Source: Octopus vulgaris
Taxonomy: Eukaryota
Assembly (NCBI GenBank): GCA_951406725.2
Contig: OX597823.1
Location: forward strand, 51,398,001-51,462,000
Reading direction: 5' to 3'
DNA length: 64,000 nucleotides
Below, piece by piece: positions 1 to 13,135 of this stretch. Numbering within the stretch: the stretch's first letter is position 1; the number at the start of each line of letters is the position of its first letter. Under the pieces are notes generated by a model. The model saw only the letters and a program-made list of their open reading frames with translations. It was not told the origin of the DNA and searched no databases. The position numbers and the translations under genes were made by a program.

Positions 1-260
1 ATCCATGTCTTTTTAAAAAAAATATTTTTAAGGTCATCACTGATGACGAAAGCTGGTGTTATGGAATTTGCAGGTGTAGAAGAGGTGAATTAAAAATCGA
101 CGGAGACGTTAAAATGCATCAATTCGCAAGAGTTCCAGTATCCTGGACCGATGCATTGCTGCAAAAGGAGGATAATCTGAAGGCGATAAAAGTGTAAATA
201 TGTAAAAGTAAGTGAATAAAATAATATTGCAAAATTCCGGTTTCTTTTGAGTACCCCTCG
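1..260 (+). mobile_element. Internally deleted mariner transposon remnant (3' part and right TIR)
   Basis: 30-65 reads KVITDDESWCYG (mariner first catalytic motif, cf. ITGDETW). It is joined directly to a C-terminal FAGVEEV..ETLKCI..QEFQ..DRCIAAKGG*SEGDK (cf. W.KCI...G.YFEGD). It ends in TIR-like attccggtttcttttgagtacccctcg at 260. Stops present. Confidence 0.8.
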
Positions 261-1623
261 GAAACAAAAGCCAGCTGTTTGGTTAGACTGAAAGGTCCGG
301 GGTTGCTGAAGTGACACACGTTGAAACACAAGTATTCCAGAAACCGCTTTGACATTGAGTCGAGTGTGTCGAACACACCATTCTCATAACAAAGAGAAGT
401 TTTTCTCCTTTGACGTACGCTACAGTGACATGTATATTTTGCTTAAGAACTTGCCAAGACGTATTAAAAATAAATAAGCAAATATTCATCTCAGATCGCG
501 CTGTACCACGGTACAAATAGCGTTTTTATACATGTATTTCCTTAACAAAAACATAAATTACATGCTTACACAAAGGTATGAAACAAGCCTCATTTTTAAT
601 TTGAATACTTAGACAAGGTATCTTTTGCACCATTTCACGGAAAAGCGGTCTACCTTTAAGGGAACTGTTGCAACAAGTAACACATTTGACATACAGTTTA
701 TCCCTATTATTTTGATTATTCATTATGTTATTACAATTATATCGTGATGCCTTTTAATTTTACACTGTTGAAATAATTTTTTTAGTTTTTTTTTTTCTCA
801 TTCTAATTAGGCTTAAATCCTAATTAGTTTTTCGGCTTTCTTTTTTACCAACTATCCTAAAATATAAATCCACTTTCAATTCATTTCTGCTTTTTTCTTA
901 ATACATCGAACTTAGACATCTACCCCTATTTTTAGAATACAGACAAATGTGCATGCACACACAAACACACACATGCACACTTACACAGGCATACCGCATG
1001 GACATATATAACGAGTATTTGTTATTTCCTCTGTAAAGCTGCAAGTTGAAACTTTAGCACTTGAGAAGCAGTATATTCACTTATAATAAATATGTTGGTC
1101 TCCACTACATCCAAAATAACAAAGACTTGCGCTCCTTATGCTGATACGTTTTCGATTAAATACTTGCAGTGACCTACTCATATATGCATGTATGTCTCTA
1201 AGTCTATGTATATAAATGCACAACGAAATTTATAGCAGATTTTCCCTTGCTCTTACGACAAACGCCAGCTTCCTTTTATTTTTCTATTTATAATAATTTT
1301 ATCGTTTTGTTTCACTCAATGCATTACCTTTTTATCTTTTTGCTCATTACATGCATTAATTTACTGGCATTACTGTTACACTTTACAGTTTAATCTTCTT
1401 TGGTTACAAGATTCTCTTTGAATTACCCTGATCTTTTCATATCTTGCCAAAGTAATTCGAGAAATTTTAAATTTTATTTTGAATTTAGTATTTTACGCCC
1501 TCAAACCCGTCCCTTCTGTTCCTTTCCATTTTCATCTTTTTAATAGTTGCACTTTGTCTCTATCTTCCACTTAGTGTTTTACTAATTTTGTAAGCTGTTT
1601 CACCATTGTTACTTCTTATAGAT

Positions 1624-2191
1624 CAGTGTTTCCCAACCATTTCTTTTTACCTATGGACCTCTTTTGTTTCTGTTCTATTCTGGGGGACCTCCATAATAAT
1701 TCGATGTTTAAAAAAACTAGTTTTATACACACTTCTTTCAAAATTCCAATTTTGTTTTTCACATACTAACTTGCGTAGGTTTAACTATGTATAACATTAG
1801 AGAAAGAAACCTAGCTGTTTCTTGCAATAAATACACATGGAGCAAAATGTTTTCATGGACCCTTAAAATACTACTGTGGATAACACCCACCACCCAATCT
1901 ATTATTTTGCTTATGTAAGGCGGCGAGCAGGTAGAATCGTTAGCACGCCAGGCAAAATGCTTAGCAGTATTTCGCCCGTCTTTACGTTCCGAGTTCAAAG
2001 TCCGCCAAGGTCGACTTCGCTTTTCATCATTTCGGATGTACCAGCTGCGTACTGGGGTCGATCTAATCGACAAGCCCCTCCCCGAAAAAAATTTCAGGTC
2101 TTTTATAGAAAGGATTGACTTACTTGTGTGGATCGCTGAAAATATCAAGTGGACCCCCTGGGGCCATATAGATCCCGGTTGAGAACCACCG
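1624..2191. mobile_element. hAT (Charlie-like) non-autonomous MITE with nested SINE
   Basis: TIRs cagtgtttcccaacc / ggttgagaaccaccg. 8-bp TSD ttatagat (1616-1623) / ttctagat (2192-2199), matching the NTCTAGAN target preference. Confidence 0.8.
1919..2112 (+). mobile_element. tRNA-derived SINE family A, nested in the MITE
   Basis: Head ggcggcgagc..gaatcgttagcacgcc, B-box-like gagttcaaa, core gtcgactt(t)gc..ttcatc; the same sequence recurs many times in the window. Confidence 0.85.
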
Positions 2192-2394
2192 TTCTAGATC
2201 TTTATACGCATAATATATTCATCGTCTTCTTATCTATTTGCCCATTTTATTATTTGTATTCCTTTACTCCATCTAAAACCTCTCGAGGTGTTTCTATTTA
2301 CAGATTACCGCTTCAGTTACTTGTCACGCGACCATATTCGTTTACTTTTTCTTTTATTATTTGAGTTTAGTTTAATTACTACACTAATTATCCT

Positions 2395-2604
2395 GTCTAC
2401 TAAAGGCACAAGGCCTGAAATTTATGGGGAAGGGACAAGTCGATTACATCGATCCCAGTGTTTCACTGGTACTTAATTTATCGACTCTGAAAGGATGAAA
2501 GACAAATTCGACCGCGGCGGAATTTGAACTCAGACCGTGCTGACGGACGAAAAGCCGCTAAACATTTTGCCCGGCGCGCTAACGATTCTGCCAGCTCGCC
2601 TCCC
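2395..2604 (-). mobile_element. SINE family A
   Basis: Reverse complement of the family A head (aacgattctgccagctcgcc) and core (aaggatgaaa..aaattcgacc). Confidence 0.85.
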
Positions 2605-2662
2605 TATTTAGTAATTAATTATACTATTCTTATTTTAAGCTTTCTGTACTCTAACCTATGAA

Positions 2663-2960
2663 GGCGCATGGCTCAGTGGTTAGAGCGTCGAGCTTACGAT
2701 CGTGAGGTTGTGAGTTCTTGAGCAGACAGTTTATTTCACGCTGCTTCAGTTCACTCAGCTGTAGAAATGAGTTGCGACGTCACAGGTGCCAAGCTGTATC
2801 GGCCTTTGCTTTTCCATTGGATAACATCGGTGGCGTGAAGAGGGGAGGCTGGTATGCATGGGCGACTACTGGTCTTCCATAAACAACCTTGCCCGGACTT
2901 GTTCCTCGGAGGGTAACTTTCCATGTACAATCCCATGGTCATTCATGACCAAAGGGGGTC
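2663..2960 (+). mobile_element. tRNA-derived SINE family C
   Basis: A-box head ggcgcatggctcagtggttagagc; body homologous to the reverse complement of 17618-17872. Confidence 0.8.
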
Positions 2961-3016
2961 CCGACCTCTAGCCTGTCTCGTATCCAAACATTTTGACCTT
3001 TGTCACATTGCTTAAT

Positions 3017-3420
3017 CTTTTATCTTTTCTGTCGTTTCAGTCATTGGATTGCGGCCATGCTAGGGCACTATCTTGAAGAGTTCAATCGAAAAAGCAAATG
3101 ACCCAGTACTTATTGTTAAGTTTTGTATTCTTCTAATTTCCTCTACTGAATCGCTAAGTTACAGGGAAGTAAGCAAACCAATATTAGGTGCAAAAATGAT
3201 GTGTGTATGAGAGAAACAGAAACACAAAGACGCACACACATGTATATACACATATACGACGGGCTTCTACGCATTTCCATCTACCACATTCACTCACAAG
3301 GCATTGTCTGACGCAGAGTTATAGTAAAAGAAACTTGTCCAAGGTACTATGATGTGGGACTGAACCCAAAACCACATGGTTGCAAAGCGAACTTCATAGC
3401 CATTCAGCTATCTTTGTATA
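3017..3420 (-). mobile_element. SINE family B (degenerate)
   Basis: Contains tttcagtcattggattgcggccatgc, gacgggcttct and gtgggactgaaccc, diagnostic for family B. Confidence 0.75.
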
Positions 3421-3774
3421 GGTTTCTTTTCTGATAACGTTCTCTTAATGTGACCCAACCAAACACCAAACAGTCATTTTCCCTTTTTCTTTTTCTTTCG
3501 TATTTTTATTTATTTTGGTATTTGGCAATTTCTCTTTAAACATATCTACTTACGTTAAAGTGCAATCAAATAGCAACCATATATTGCGTGGTAACTTTCA
3601 TTGAATACTGCTATAAATGTTTTATAGGTCTGAAATGTAAATCAATACAATAAATTGTTCTAGCAATCTAAGAACCATTATGCTTGCAAGATGTTCTTTC
3701 TACGGGATATTTCTCATCTGTTTTGAGATATACTTTACATCATCTATGTCTCTACACTTTGTGGGGTTTCATCC

Positions 3775-4052
3775 CTTTGTGAAGCTGTTAAGTTACGGGG
3801 GATGTAAACATAACAACACCGGTCGTTAAGCAGTGGTGAGAGACAAGCAAAACACACGCACGCACGCACACACACACACACATAAATGACAGGTTTCTTT
3901 CAGTTTCCGTCTACCAAATCTAACCGCAAGGTCTTGGTCGGTTCGAGGCTATAGTAGAAGACATCTGCCCAACATGCCACACAGTGGGACTGAACTCGGA
4001 ATCATATGGTCGGAAAGGGAACTTCTTATGACACAACCACTCCTGCACCTAT
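3775..4052 (-). mobile_element. SINE family B (partial)
   Basis: ttctttcagtttccgtctaccaaatc..ctatagtagaagaca..cagtgggactgaac..ccactcctgcacct. Confidence 0.8.
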
Positions 4053-4372
4053 TTATATTTCTTTTTTATGTATGTGTGTGTGTGCTTACGTATTTCTATG
4101 AGCGTAGATGTATGTATCTATATTAATGTATGCGTACGGGTTTGTACAAGTGTGAGTATGTATAGATTTGTACATATATGTGTATGAATGATTATCCGGA
4201 TACGTATTTGTATATGTGTAGATTATTTTCAACTCTAGGCACAAGACCCGGAATTTTTGGGGAGGGGCCAGTCGATTAGACTTCGTCAGCCTTTTATTTT
4301 GCTATATATTTCTTCGCCTTCCTTCTTGACTATTTGTTGGTTAAAGGGGCACACAACATCAGTTATAGGGTA

Positions 4373-4425
<53 letters not shown>

Positions 4426-4426
<1 letters not shown>

Positions 4427-4631
4427 GGCAGCGAGCTGGCAGAATCGTTAGCTGGACGAAATGCTTAGCGGTATTTCGCCCGTCGCTACGTTCTGAGTTC
4501 AAATTCTACCGGGGTCGACTTTGCCTTTCATCCTTTCGGGGTCGATAAATTAAGTACTAGTTACGCACTAGGATCGATATAATCGACTTAATCCCTTCCC
4601 CCAAATTTGAAGCCTTGAGCTTCCAGTAGAA
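4426..4631 (+). mobile_element. SINE family A inserted in (ATT)n
   Basis: ggcagcgagctggcagaatcgttag..gtcgactttgcctttcatcctttcggggtcgataaattaagtac. Confidence 0.9.
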
Positions 4632-4670
4632 ATTATTATTATTATTATTATCATTATTATCATCATTATT

Positions 4671-6036
4671 AATATTTCAATTTTGTTTCCATTTCTTGCT
4701 GAGTGTCTTCCCGATACCTAGGACAATGAAACTCACTGTATACATTGGTAGGTCTTAACAATAAACACACTAGATTGTCCGTTTACAAAGTCAAGTTAAG
4801 TGATAGAAAAAAAGAGGGAAAAAGGAAAGAAGAAAAAATATTGAGAAAAATGGAAAAAAGAAGATAAAAGGGCAAAAAGTTAAGAAAATTCACAACGATA
4901 ATGCTCTTCTGAATACGTGTGATGTGCCAGATAAAACAATCTTCTGCGCTTCTTACATGGATGGTAAGCTAAGTATCATTCTCAAGTAATTTTCAGTTGC
5001 TTTTTTGATCATTCCAAGTGCTCCTACAATCACTGGTATTGTAAACTTCATGAGATACTACATGTTTTTCGATTTCAATCAGAAAATCTTAATATTTTCT
5101 GTGCCTTATTAATTTCTTTTGCCGTGATATTATAATCACAAGGTATGGTCATGTCAATCAATAAACAGATTTTATTGTTTTGGTCTTTCACAATAATATC
5201 TGGTTTATTAGCTTTGATTGTTTGGTATGTATGTACTGGAAAGTACCAAAGGATCGTTACATTTTCTCACTCAGTTACAGCCACAGGGCGTTACTTATAC
5301 CTTTTGTCAGCAGTTTTGATGCCGATATATGAAACAGTGCAGATATTGACAAACTCTCGTCATGTATACTCTACAAGTGCTAAAACCTTACACCCAGAGA
5401 TTAGATGGTCTACTGTTTCAGTCCCATCGTTGCAGCATCGGCACGTTGGGCCTACTTCATTTTTCATCACATTGGCCTCGTAATTCAAGTCAATAAGCTC
5501 AGATCTTCAACAGCTAAGATAAAACAATCACTCTCTTATTTTAGCTCTGTTCTCCGTAGCCACTGATGGGTGTGCTTCTGGTCTACATCAGTTTGTTTGC
5601 CACAGGTCACGTATTTGCAATGCAGAGGTTTTTGTTCCCACCTATCAGTCAATTGTTCGAACGCTTTTTTTCTTTGCTATTGACTTCAAATTCTTTGCAA
5701 CAACAGTTGCCGCACTTCCATCATGCTGTTCAACTTGGGTATTATGCATGAATTCATAAGCAAACTGTTTGCCCTCTTTCGTGACAAAATGAAGCTTCTT
5801 AAGTCTCTCGTGGTTTTCAACGAGTTTAGCATCCAGTCGTTGGATGTTTCAAGATATTTAGCCAGTCCCATTATGGTGGGTTTGTAAGAGATTTCAAACA
5901 GAATCAAACCTTAACCTCCTTGGGCTCTGGGAAGGTAAAGACGATCTGCGTCTGCCTTTGGGTGGTGCATGTTATAGCAAGTCAGAAGCTTATGTATTTT
6001 CCTGTCAATTTTCTTTATTTCGCTGTTATTCCAGTT
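4671..6036 (-). mobile_element. 5'-truncated R4/Dong-clade non-LTR retrotransposon with restriction-like endonuclease; pseudogenised
   Basis: Minus-strand translation gives NWNNSEIKKIDRK..NMHHPKADADRLYLPRAQGG*G, the CCHC finger CRCCNDGTETVDHLISGC, the endonuclease motif TILW.FPVHT.QTIKANKPDIIVKD..CLLIDMTIP and the C-terminal IPVIVGALGMIKK. (TAA)n on both flanks; stops and frameshifts present. Confidence 0.88.
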
Positions 6037-6858
6037 ATTATTATTATTATTGAGTGAGAGAGCAGTTTATGCCTTATTATTATTCGTCTTTTTCTACATG
6101 TTCCCTATTTTCACCCATTCTACTAGTCCGTTCTCGTCACCATACTAACATTCCAATCTTTAGTACTGTCTCATATGTTTAAATTAAGTTGCATTTTTTT
6201 TTGTTTTTCATATTTCGTTTCGTTTTATTTCTATGTAAACCCCAGCACATATTTGTAGCATGTTCCCGAAATGTCTTCTCATCTGTCCCCTTTCTATCAA
6301 TAATAAAGATTATTATCATTAAACTATTATTGTTAATAACGATTCCGTTTCCTCCGATATTATTAGCATTGATTTCCATGTTATTGTTTGTTGAGATTGC
6401 TGAGCAAACTTTAGTTGTTATCCCAACATTTCAGCATTTGTTATTACAAGCGATTTTATGAAGCTTTGTATTTATATTGCCGCTGTCAGTCGTTTGCTAA
6501 AACCCACAGTTCCTTTTAGTGACTAATCACCGTTAGTCGGCGTATTCGTTTTCTGTAATAGTTTGTAACGAAAGTACGTCAACCATAAATGAACCCTTTA
6601 TATATTTCACCCTATTTAGGGTCGTTTTTACCACCTACATGCTTTCCTATTTTCCTTACCGCTGAATATTCTTGTCATTACCATCTTCTCAAAAATGATC
6701 TCTTACTGATACTATCTTTCTAAAAAGGTTTCGGTGAGCCAGCAGTCCGTTGATGAAAAATGACCTCAGTATGTTACTGATATGTTCAAATGCTCAATAT
6801 CAATCGCCAAGGAATAAAAGCCAAAGTAAACCTCTCCCTCTCTCCCTCCCCCCGCCTA

Positions 6859-6917
<59 letters not shown>

Positions 6918-7167
6918 ATTCTTTAATGGGCACAGCATATACTTATGAGCTATTAATAGTTTCACACAGTGAATATGTGTTTTAGGCAGGTTCTAATAAC
7001 ACGCCTAGTGTCTCCAAGCAATCTGCGGCCTCTGAGCCCATGGCCTATACAAGCTACAAATGAGGACACTAGAACAAGAAAAGTCATGAGAAATCTCTTT
7101 TAGATAAGCATTTCCCAGAAACTCACAAGTACAGAATGACGCTCAGTCACATTATCAGTATATGTAA

Positions 7168-7389
7168 GGCGGCAAGCTGACAGAAAAGATAGCACGCCGG
7201 GCAAAATGCTTAGCAGTTTTTCGTCAGTCTTTACGTTCTGATTTCAAATCCCGCCGAGGTCGACTTTGCCTTTCATCCTTTTGGGGTCGATAAATTAACT
7301 ACTAGTTGCGTACTGGGATCGATGTAATCGACTAGCTACCTCCCACAAAAATATTTCGGGCCTTGTGCCTAGAGTAGAATAGAATATCT
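7168..7389 (+). mobile_element. Full-length SINE family A with 13-bp TSD
   Basis: Family A head and core; tcagtatatgtaa duplicated at 7155-7167 and 7390-7402. Confidence 0.9.
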
Positions 7390-7469
7390 TCAGTATATGT
7401 AACTATCAGTAGTTCATATCTATACACTGTGTACATTGAACAATATCTCCCATCGAATGTAATATTTTT

Positions 7470-7511
<42 letters not shown>

Positions 7512-7564
7512 AACATGTATAAATCTGTGTGTATATTATTATTGTTGTTATCTAAGATAGTTAA

Positions 7565-7770
7565 GGTAGCGAGATGACAAAATCACGCCGAGAAAGATGC
7601 TTAGCGGCATTTCGTCTATCTTTACGTTCTTAGTTCAAATTCCAACGAGGTCGACTTTGCATTTTATCATTTCGGTGATTGATAAAATATGTACCAGTTG
7701 AGCGCTAGGATGGATATAATCAACTATTCACCTTACCTGAAATTTCAGGTCTTGAGCCAAAATTTGAAAT
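7565..7770 (+). mobile_element. SINE family A (older copy)
   Basis: gcttagcggcatttcgtctatctttacgttcttagttcaaattcc..gaggtcgactttgc. Confidence 0.8.
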
Positions 7771-7877
7771 TAACATTTAAAACAGTTTGGTTCGGCATGG
7801 AGTCGAATCAAAATAATATATATAACTCCTATATGTGTTGAGTGTATTTTTTTCGTTTGTCTATTCTTTCGTGCGTG

Positions 7878-7919
<42 letters not shown>

Positions 7920-9221
7920 TTCTATCATATACCTTTTTAAGATGTGTTTAGACGTAAAGTCTTGTTCCCAATCGTTTTGATCTTCTGTAACACCTCTTTC
8001 ATTTATTACCTCCTGTAACGTAATTATCCTTTAATTTTTTCACTTGCATTTTCCTCGTGTTTTCAAAAAGGTGACAATCTTTCACTGGTATCTTCGTTTT
8101 CTGTCATTGTATTGTCTAAAATCTCCATCCCATTAGCCATATATTGCCAGTGTCTTTCTGGCAAATACAGAAAATTGAATGTCCTATGCTCTTTTTATTA
8201 GCGTCTTATCAATTTATCAAACTGCCATATTACGTTTTATACATGATATTGATCCGAACCAGAGAATCGATTGAACAAAGTGCCTCATCTGTTTGTGCAA
8301 TTACTGACTTAGCCAAACATTTTCAAGTAATCAGATTTTCTTTCTTCAGTTAACTCTTTTATCGTTCGTATACATCATTTCACCATCTCCTTATTTAATC
8401 CTATACTTATCATACATTCGGTTTGTGTCTGGGAAAGATTTTCCTCAAATATTCCTAATTTTTAACACCAGCCCATGGATATGTAGACAAAATATGAAGA
8501 GATAAAATAGAAACATATTAATCCAATTATCTAATAACGAAATTAGACTTTTGTTGATTCTATACTCAGCAGAAAAGAACTATTATGGTATATTCTGTTC
8601 AAAAGTTTGTTCGAAAGCAATGTTTGTAATATCACTGTTGGAAGAAGAATATATTATGCTTTCTTGAGAACTGGATCTTATAAATATATTGAACTTATTT
8701 GTCTACAGTTATCTTTAGGGCTAGGTACAAGATTTTACTATTTTTGGTAAATTAGTTCTGTAAATAATAAAAGTACATAAATTTAGAAAATTCTCAATAA
8801 AGCTAATTTACGAAACATATGCAATCTTCTAATATCAATATTTTTTTTCTTTTTGAGTTGGGCGGGTGGATTTACACTTGGATACTAAAGCAAGAAATTT
8901 TTAATGCTACAGATGGAAGCACTTCTTTACAGTCCGTTCGTTTACTTAAAGGATTAAGCTGAAATGTTGTGTTATACTACATAGCATGGTCTGATTCGTT
9001 CAAAGGACAAAAACTAAAAAAGGAATTGTTTTATCAGACATTTTTTTTTAATTAAAAATTTCAAATTTGAACAAATTAAGATATCATTAAACATTTTATT
9101 AATTTTTGCTTTTGAAATGATGTGAGATTTGTTACGATATAACAAAAGCTACTGTGAAGACCCAAAGAGGTTTATAACGAACGCATGAACATATCCTCTG
9201 TTAAAATTGAATTAATTAATC

Positions 9222-9428
9222 ATGTGCTTATCCCCACCTCGCGAGCAATTCCATAGATTGTTACATGACAGTCTTCCATGAATATTCATCGAACCGTCTC
9301 AATCGGCTCCCCATTTCGGCCTGTGTTTGGCATGTCTGAGGATGCCTCGATCTCCAGTGTGGTACGGCCATGTTTGAAGCGGTTGTAGCAGTTCTTGACC
9401 CTTTTTGGCCCTTTTCCCATCGCATCAT
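9222..9428 (-). mobile_element. Mariner transposase N-terminal (HTH) fragment
   Basis: Translates DAMGKGPKRVKNCYNRFKHGRTTLEIEASSDMPNTGRNGEPIETVR*IFMEDCHVTIYGIAREVGIST; cf. mariner W..RFK.GR.S.ED..RSGRP..D.R.T..EIA.EVGIS. Confidence 0.8.
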
Positions 9429-11131
9429 CATATATACATACGCGTATATGTGTGTTTCTGCTGCCGTAATGTTTAGTATATCAGTAGTTTGGCGGCATTT
9501 ATTGACTAAGCAACGGTAGTTTGATTTTCACAGAATTATTCTTAAATAGGTCTCGATATTTGTGTGAAATGTAGAAATGCGCCCTTAACAGTGTCAAAAC
9601 AGTCCTTACTGTTTTTGAAGATAAATTTACACAAATGGAGAAGTTTACCAGTGATCATTCTGTTTCAGTATTTGATAGGTGCTTTTTTTTTACTTTGTAA
9701 ACAGTAGGGTCTAATATATGCATATAGTGAGTTAAAAACCCTCTAATTAATTGAGATTATACATGCAATTAGTAAAAAATCATCTCTTTAATAGCATTTA
9801 AAATTTAAAATCCGACAAAATCATAGGAAAATGAAGATGATGCTGATTGTAGGTAATCTTGTTAGAGCAATAATATCAAATAGTGTCGATTGATTTCACC
9901 GGTCAACTAAAAGGAAAAAAATCTGCTATATACTTCATATTTTGTTTTCCAAAATATTTGACTGTCTGATTTTACTGGACTTCTATACTTTACTTGTTAC
10001 GAATTTAGATTGTTAAACAAACCGAAAGAGACATTTGGTCAACTAATTGGAGAGAAAACCTTAGATAAATGATGATTTCAACTCACTATATTATACACGA
10101 AGGATTTAACGTACGTGTTTTTAGGAAGCAACAATTCAGCTGCTTTCCAGCAGCCATATTTTTTTGTGTTCAGTTTGGTTGATATACTTTATCCGTGAAT
10201 ACAGACCGTGATTAATCTGCAATGTATTAGGGACTTTATTTTATATTTCCCTACTAGATAATATATTTACTATTCGTCTACTAATATTCTCTTTCAGATG
10301 TTTTATAATTGCAGGTTCATTGTAAAACCATTGTTTAGATATGTTGTTTTACCATTTGGTTCCCGATAGGGACAGTACTTATAAGTGTTTAAGCTATATG
10401 CTGCGTCAAGAAAATTTACTATTTACAAATTAATTATTTTAATATTTAAATTCGACTTCAAAATTGATACAAGTTTTTGAACAGACTAAAGTCATGGCTA
10501 CTAATATTTTATTTTTAGTTCTGCTTTACGGTTCTCTCTTCGTTACTTCTTGTATTATACTTGTTGCGAATTGTACGTTTTATAATTATTACTACATTAT
10601 TTTTATGATGATTTAGGTTGGCGAATGGTTGTGCCTAATTAGTATGGGCTCTGACGTTTACTGGCTTGTATCTATATATTTCAGTTACTGAAGTTTTGAA
10701 GAAATACTTGTTTAATGTATACAGAAAATCGCTAATATATTCTCTAAACGACTATAAAGAATATTTTTATTAAGTCTGTTACAGAATGGTTATAGCCATT
10801 AATTTGTTTATTTATAGCGGAAAAAATATTAAACTTATTCTGATGCCAAATATATTGCCAATTGGAATGGGTATGTAATTAAAAGGGCATGGCAACTGCA
10901 GTGTATACATAATTTTACTTTACAATGTATGTTGAATATAATTTATGTATTTTGTGCAACGAAAAAAATATTTATGGGTGTGCATGCGTATGGATGTGTG
11001 CGTATGCAAATATGTATGAGAAAAGTAAAAAGTCATAGGTATATATCTATATCTCACTCTATCTATTTTCAATCTTTCTCTGTCACTTCTCCTCCTCTCT
11101 TTGTCATTGTCTCCCTGTCTGTCTGTCTATA

Positions 11132-11191
<60 letters not shown>

Positions 11192-12534
11192 TATGAAATT
11201 CGCCTCGAAGCATACACATAAAGATTTAAATAATGACATGCATTAGCTAGGCGAAACTTCGAAAACACTGTTAACAACATTCTTTTATAAGTATGTACTT
11301 GTTTATAAATATATGTAAACTGTATATTTGTGCATACACACAAATGAGTATATATATATATATATATATATAAGAGATAATAGTGTCATTGAGACGCAAA
11401 GGTGTCAGGTAATGCTGAATAAGTGCTATAGACAGACCATAGTTAAGTTCCAGATTCGTTAATATTGCGAATAAAGGGTTCAACGTTGGGTCTATGTCAG
11501 CGTGTGTATATAAGGATTTTTATGTATATAAGAATTTATATCTATTCAGCCTTGGTTTTTTTTATCTTATTACGCAAAAAATTCTTATATATATACACAC
11601 ACATACACTTGTATAATATGTGTATGTGTGTGTATCCATCTCTCTCTCTTTCTCTACATATGTATATGCTTACTTACATTTTGTATACACTCCTCTGCAT
11701 GTGTATGTTTTGTTGACAGCGAATACAAATGCACTGGTTGTAGTTCACTTCCTTATTGATCGATTTGCTGAATTCTTTCTCACCTCACTCCCCTGTAGTT
11801 CAACCATCTATGTGCGACAGCTTTGTTATCTCGGTTACTGATTCGTATATATTACTTACGGTGGTGACACATATAACAGTGATTATGAATGAGATTTTAG
11901 AGAATCTTATGTGTAAATATATACTTGTAAATATATATACGTGTAAATATATATATGTGTAAATATATACACTGATATGTGTGTGTGTGTGCGGACGTGT
12001 GCGTGTAACACCGGTGAAACTGCATCAGTCAGATAGCTTGCATCTATGTGCGATGTGAGAATATATATATATATATATGTCTGTGTATTTACTTGGGTAG
12101 ATCTCTTTCTTTCTCTGTCTCTCTCTCTCCATTTCCCACCTTCTTTTTTGTATATCTATACCCGATAAACATGCGCGCGAGATGCTCATTCACATACATA
12201 GCGAAAAAGACTAAGTATGGCCATATCAGGAACGAAATCGGATTCCACATGATATATTAATGAATAACTAGATCTGTCAGTCGAAAACACACACACACAC
12301 TGTAACTAAATAGTTGATTTCATTGACCTCGGTCGATATTCTCTTCAAGTTTAGCATGTTATCTGTCAACACAGCATTTCAAACAGCCAAAGTGTGATAT
12401 ATTTAATTTCAATAAATTTTTATAGAACTGTCTATCAAACAATTTCGTCGCAGTCCTGCGGTCTCATCACCGATATCATATTTACATCACACCACATCTA
12501 TCTACACACATACATACACACACATATACATACA

Positions 12535-12573
<39 letters not shown>

Positions 12574-12577
<4 letters not shown>

Positions 12578-12727
12578 GCTGTGTGGTAAGAAGCTTGCTT
12601 CCCAGCCACATGGTTCTGCGTTCAGTCCAACTGCGTGGCATCTTGGGCAAGTGTATTCTACTATAGCCTCGGGTTGACCAATGCCTTGTGAGTGGATTTG
12701 GTAGACGGAAACTGAAAGAAGCCCGTC

Positions 12728-12773
<46 letters not shown>

Positions 12774-12998
12774 TTGTTATTTGTGTCTGTGCTTGTCTCC
12801 CCACCATCACTTGACAACCGGCGCTGGTGTGTTTACGTCCCCGTCACTTAGCTGTTCGGTAAAAAGAGATCGATTAAACACGTGCAAGGCTTACAGAGAA
12901 TAAGCCCTGGGGTCGATTGGTTCGACTAAAAGTGGTGCTCCAGCATGACCGCAGTTAAATGATTGGAACAAGTAAAAGAATAAAAGAAAGTAAAAGAA
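12574..12998 (+). mobile_element. Near full-length SINE family B with internal (TA)n
   Basis: gtggctgtgtggtaag head, ttgggcaagtgt, gtgagtggatttggtagacggaaactgaaagaagcccgtcg, internal (TA)n and a (taaaaga)n-type tail. Confidence 0.9.
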
Positions 12999-13095
12999 TG
13001 TATATATAAATGAATATAGAATAAGAGTTACTAAAGATTTTAAGTAAATCTTAAGATATAATGTTAATTTTCTTCAAAGACAGTTTCGTATATAC

Positions 13096-13135
<40 letters not shown>

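Noticed and set aside
2663-2720. tRNA-like sequences with A/B boxes (also 16054, 45630-45700 and the SINE A/B heads)
   Set aside because: Each continues into a repeated SINE body and lacks a complete cloverleaf, so they are not tRNA genes.
7960-8480. Purine-biased minus-strand stretch resembling a decayed retroelement ORF
   Set aside because: No diagnostic motif could be identified by eye.
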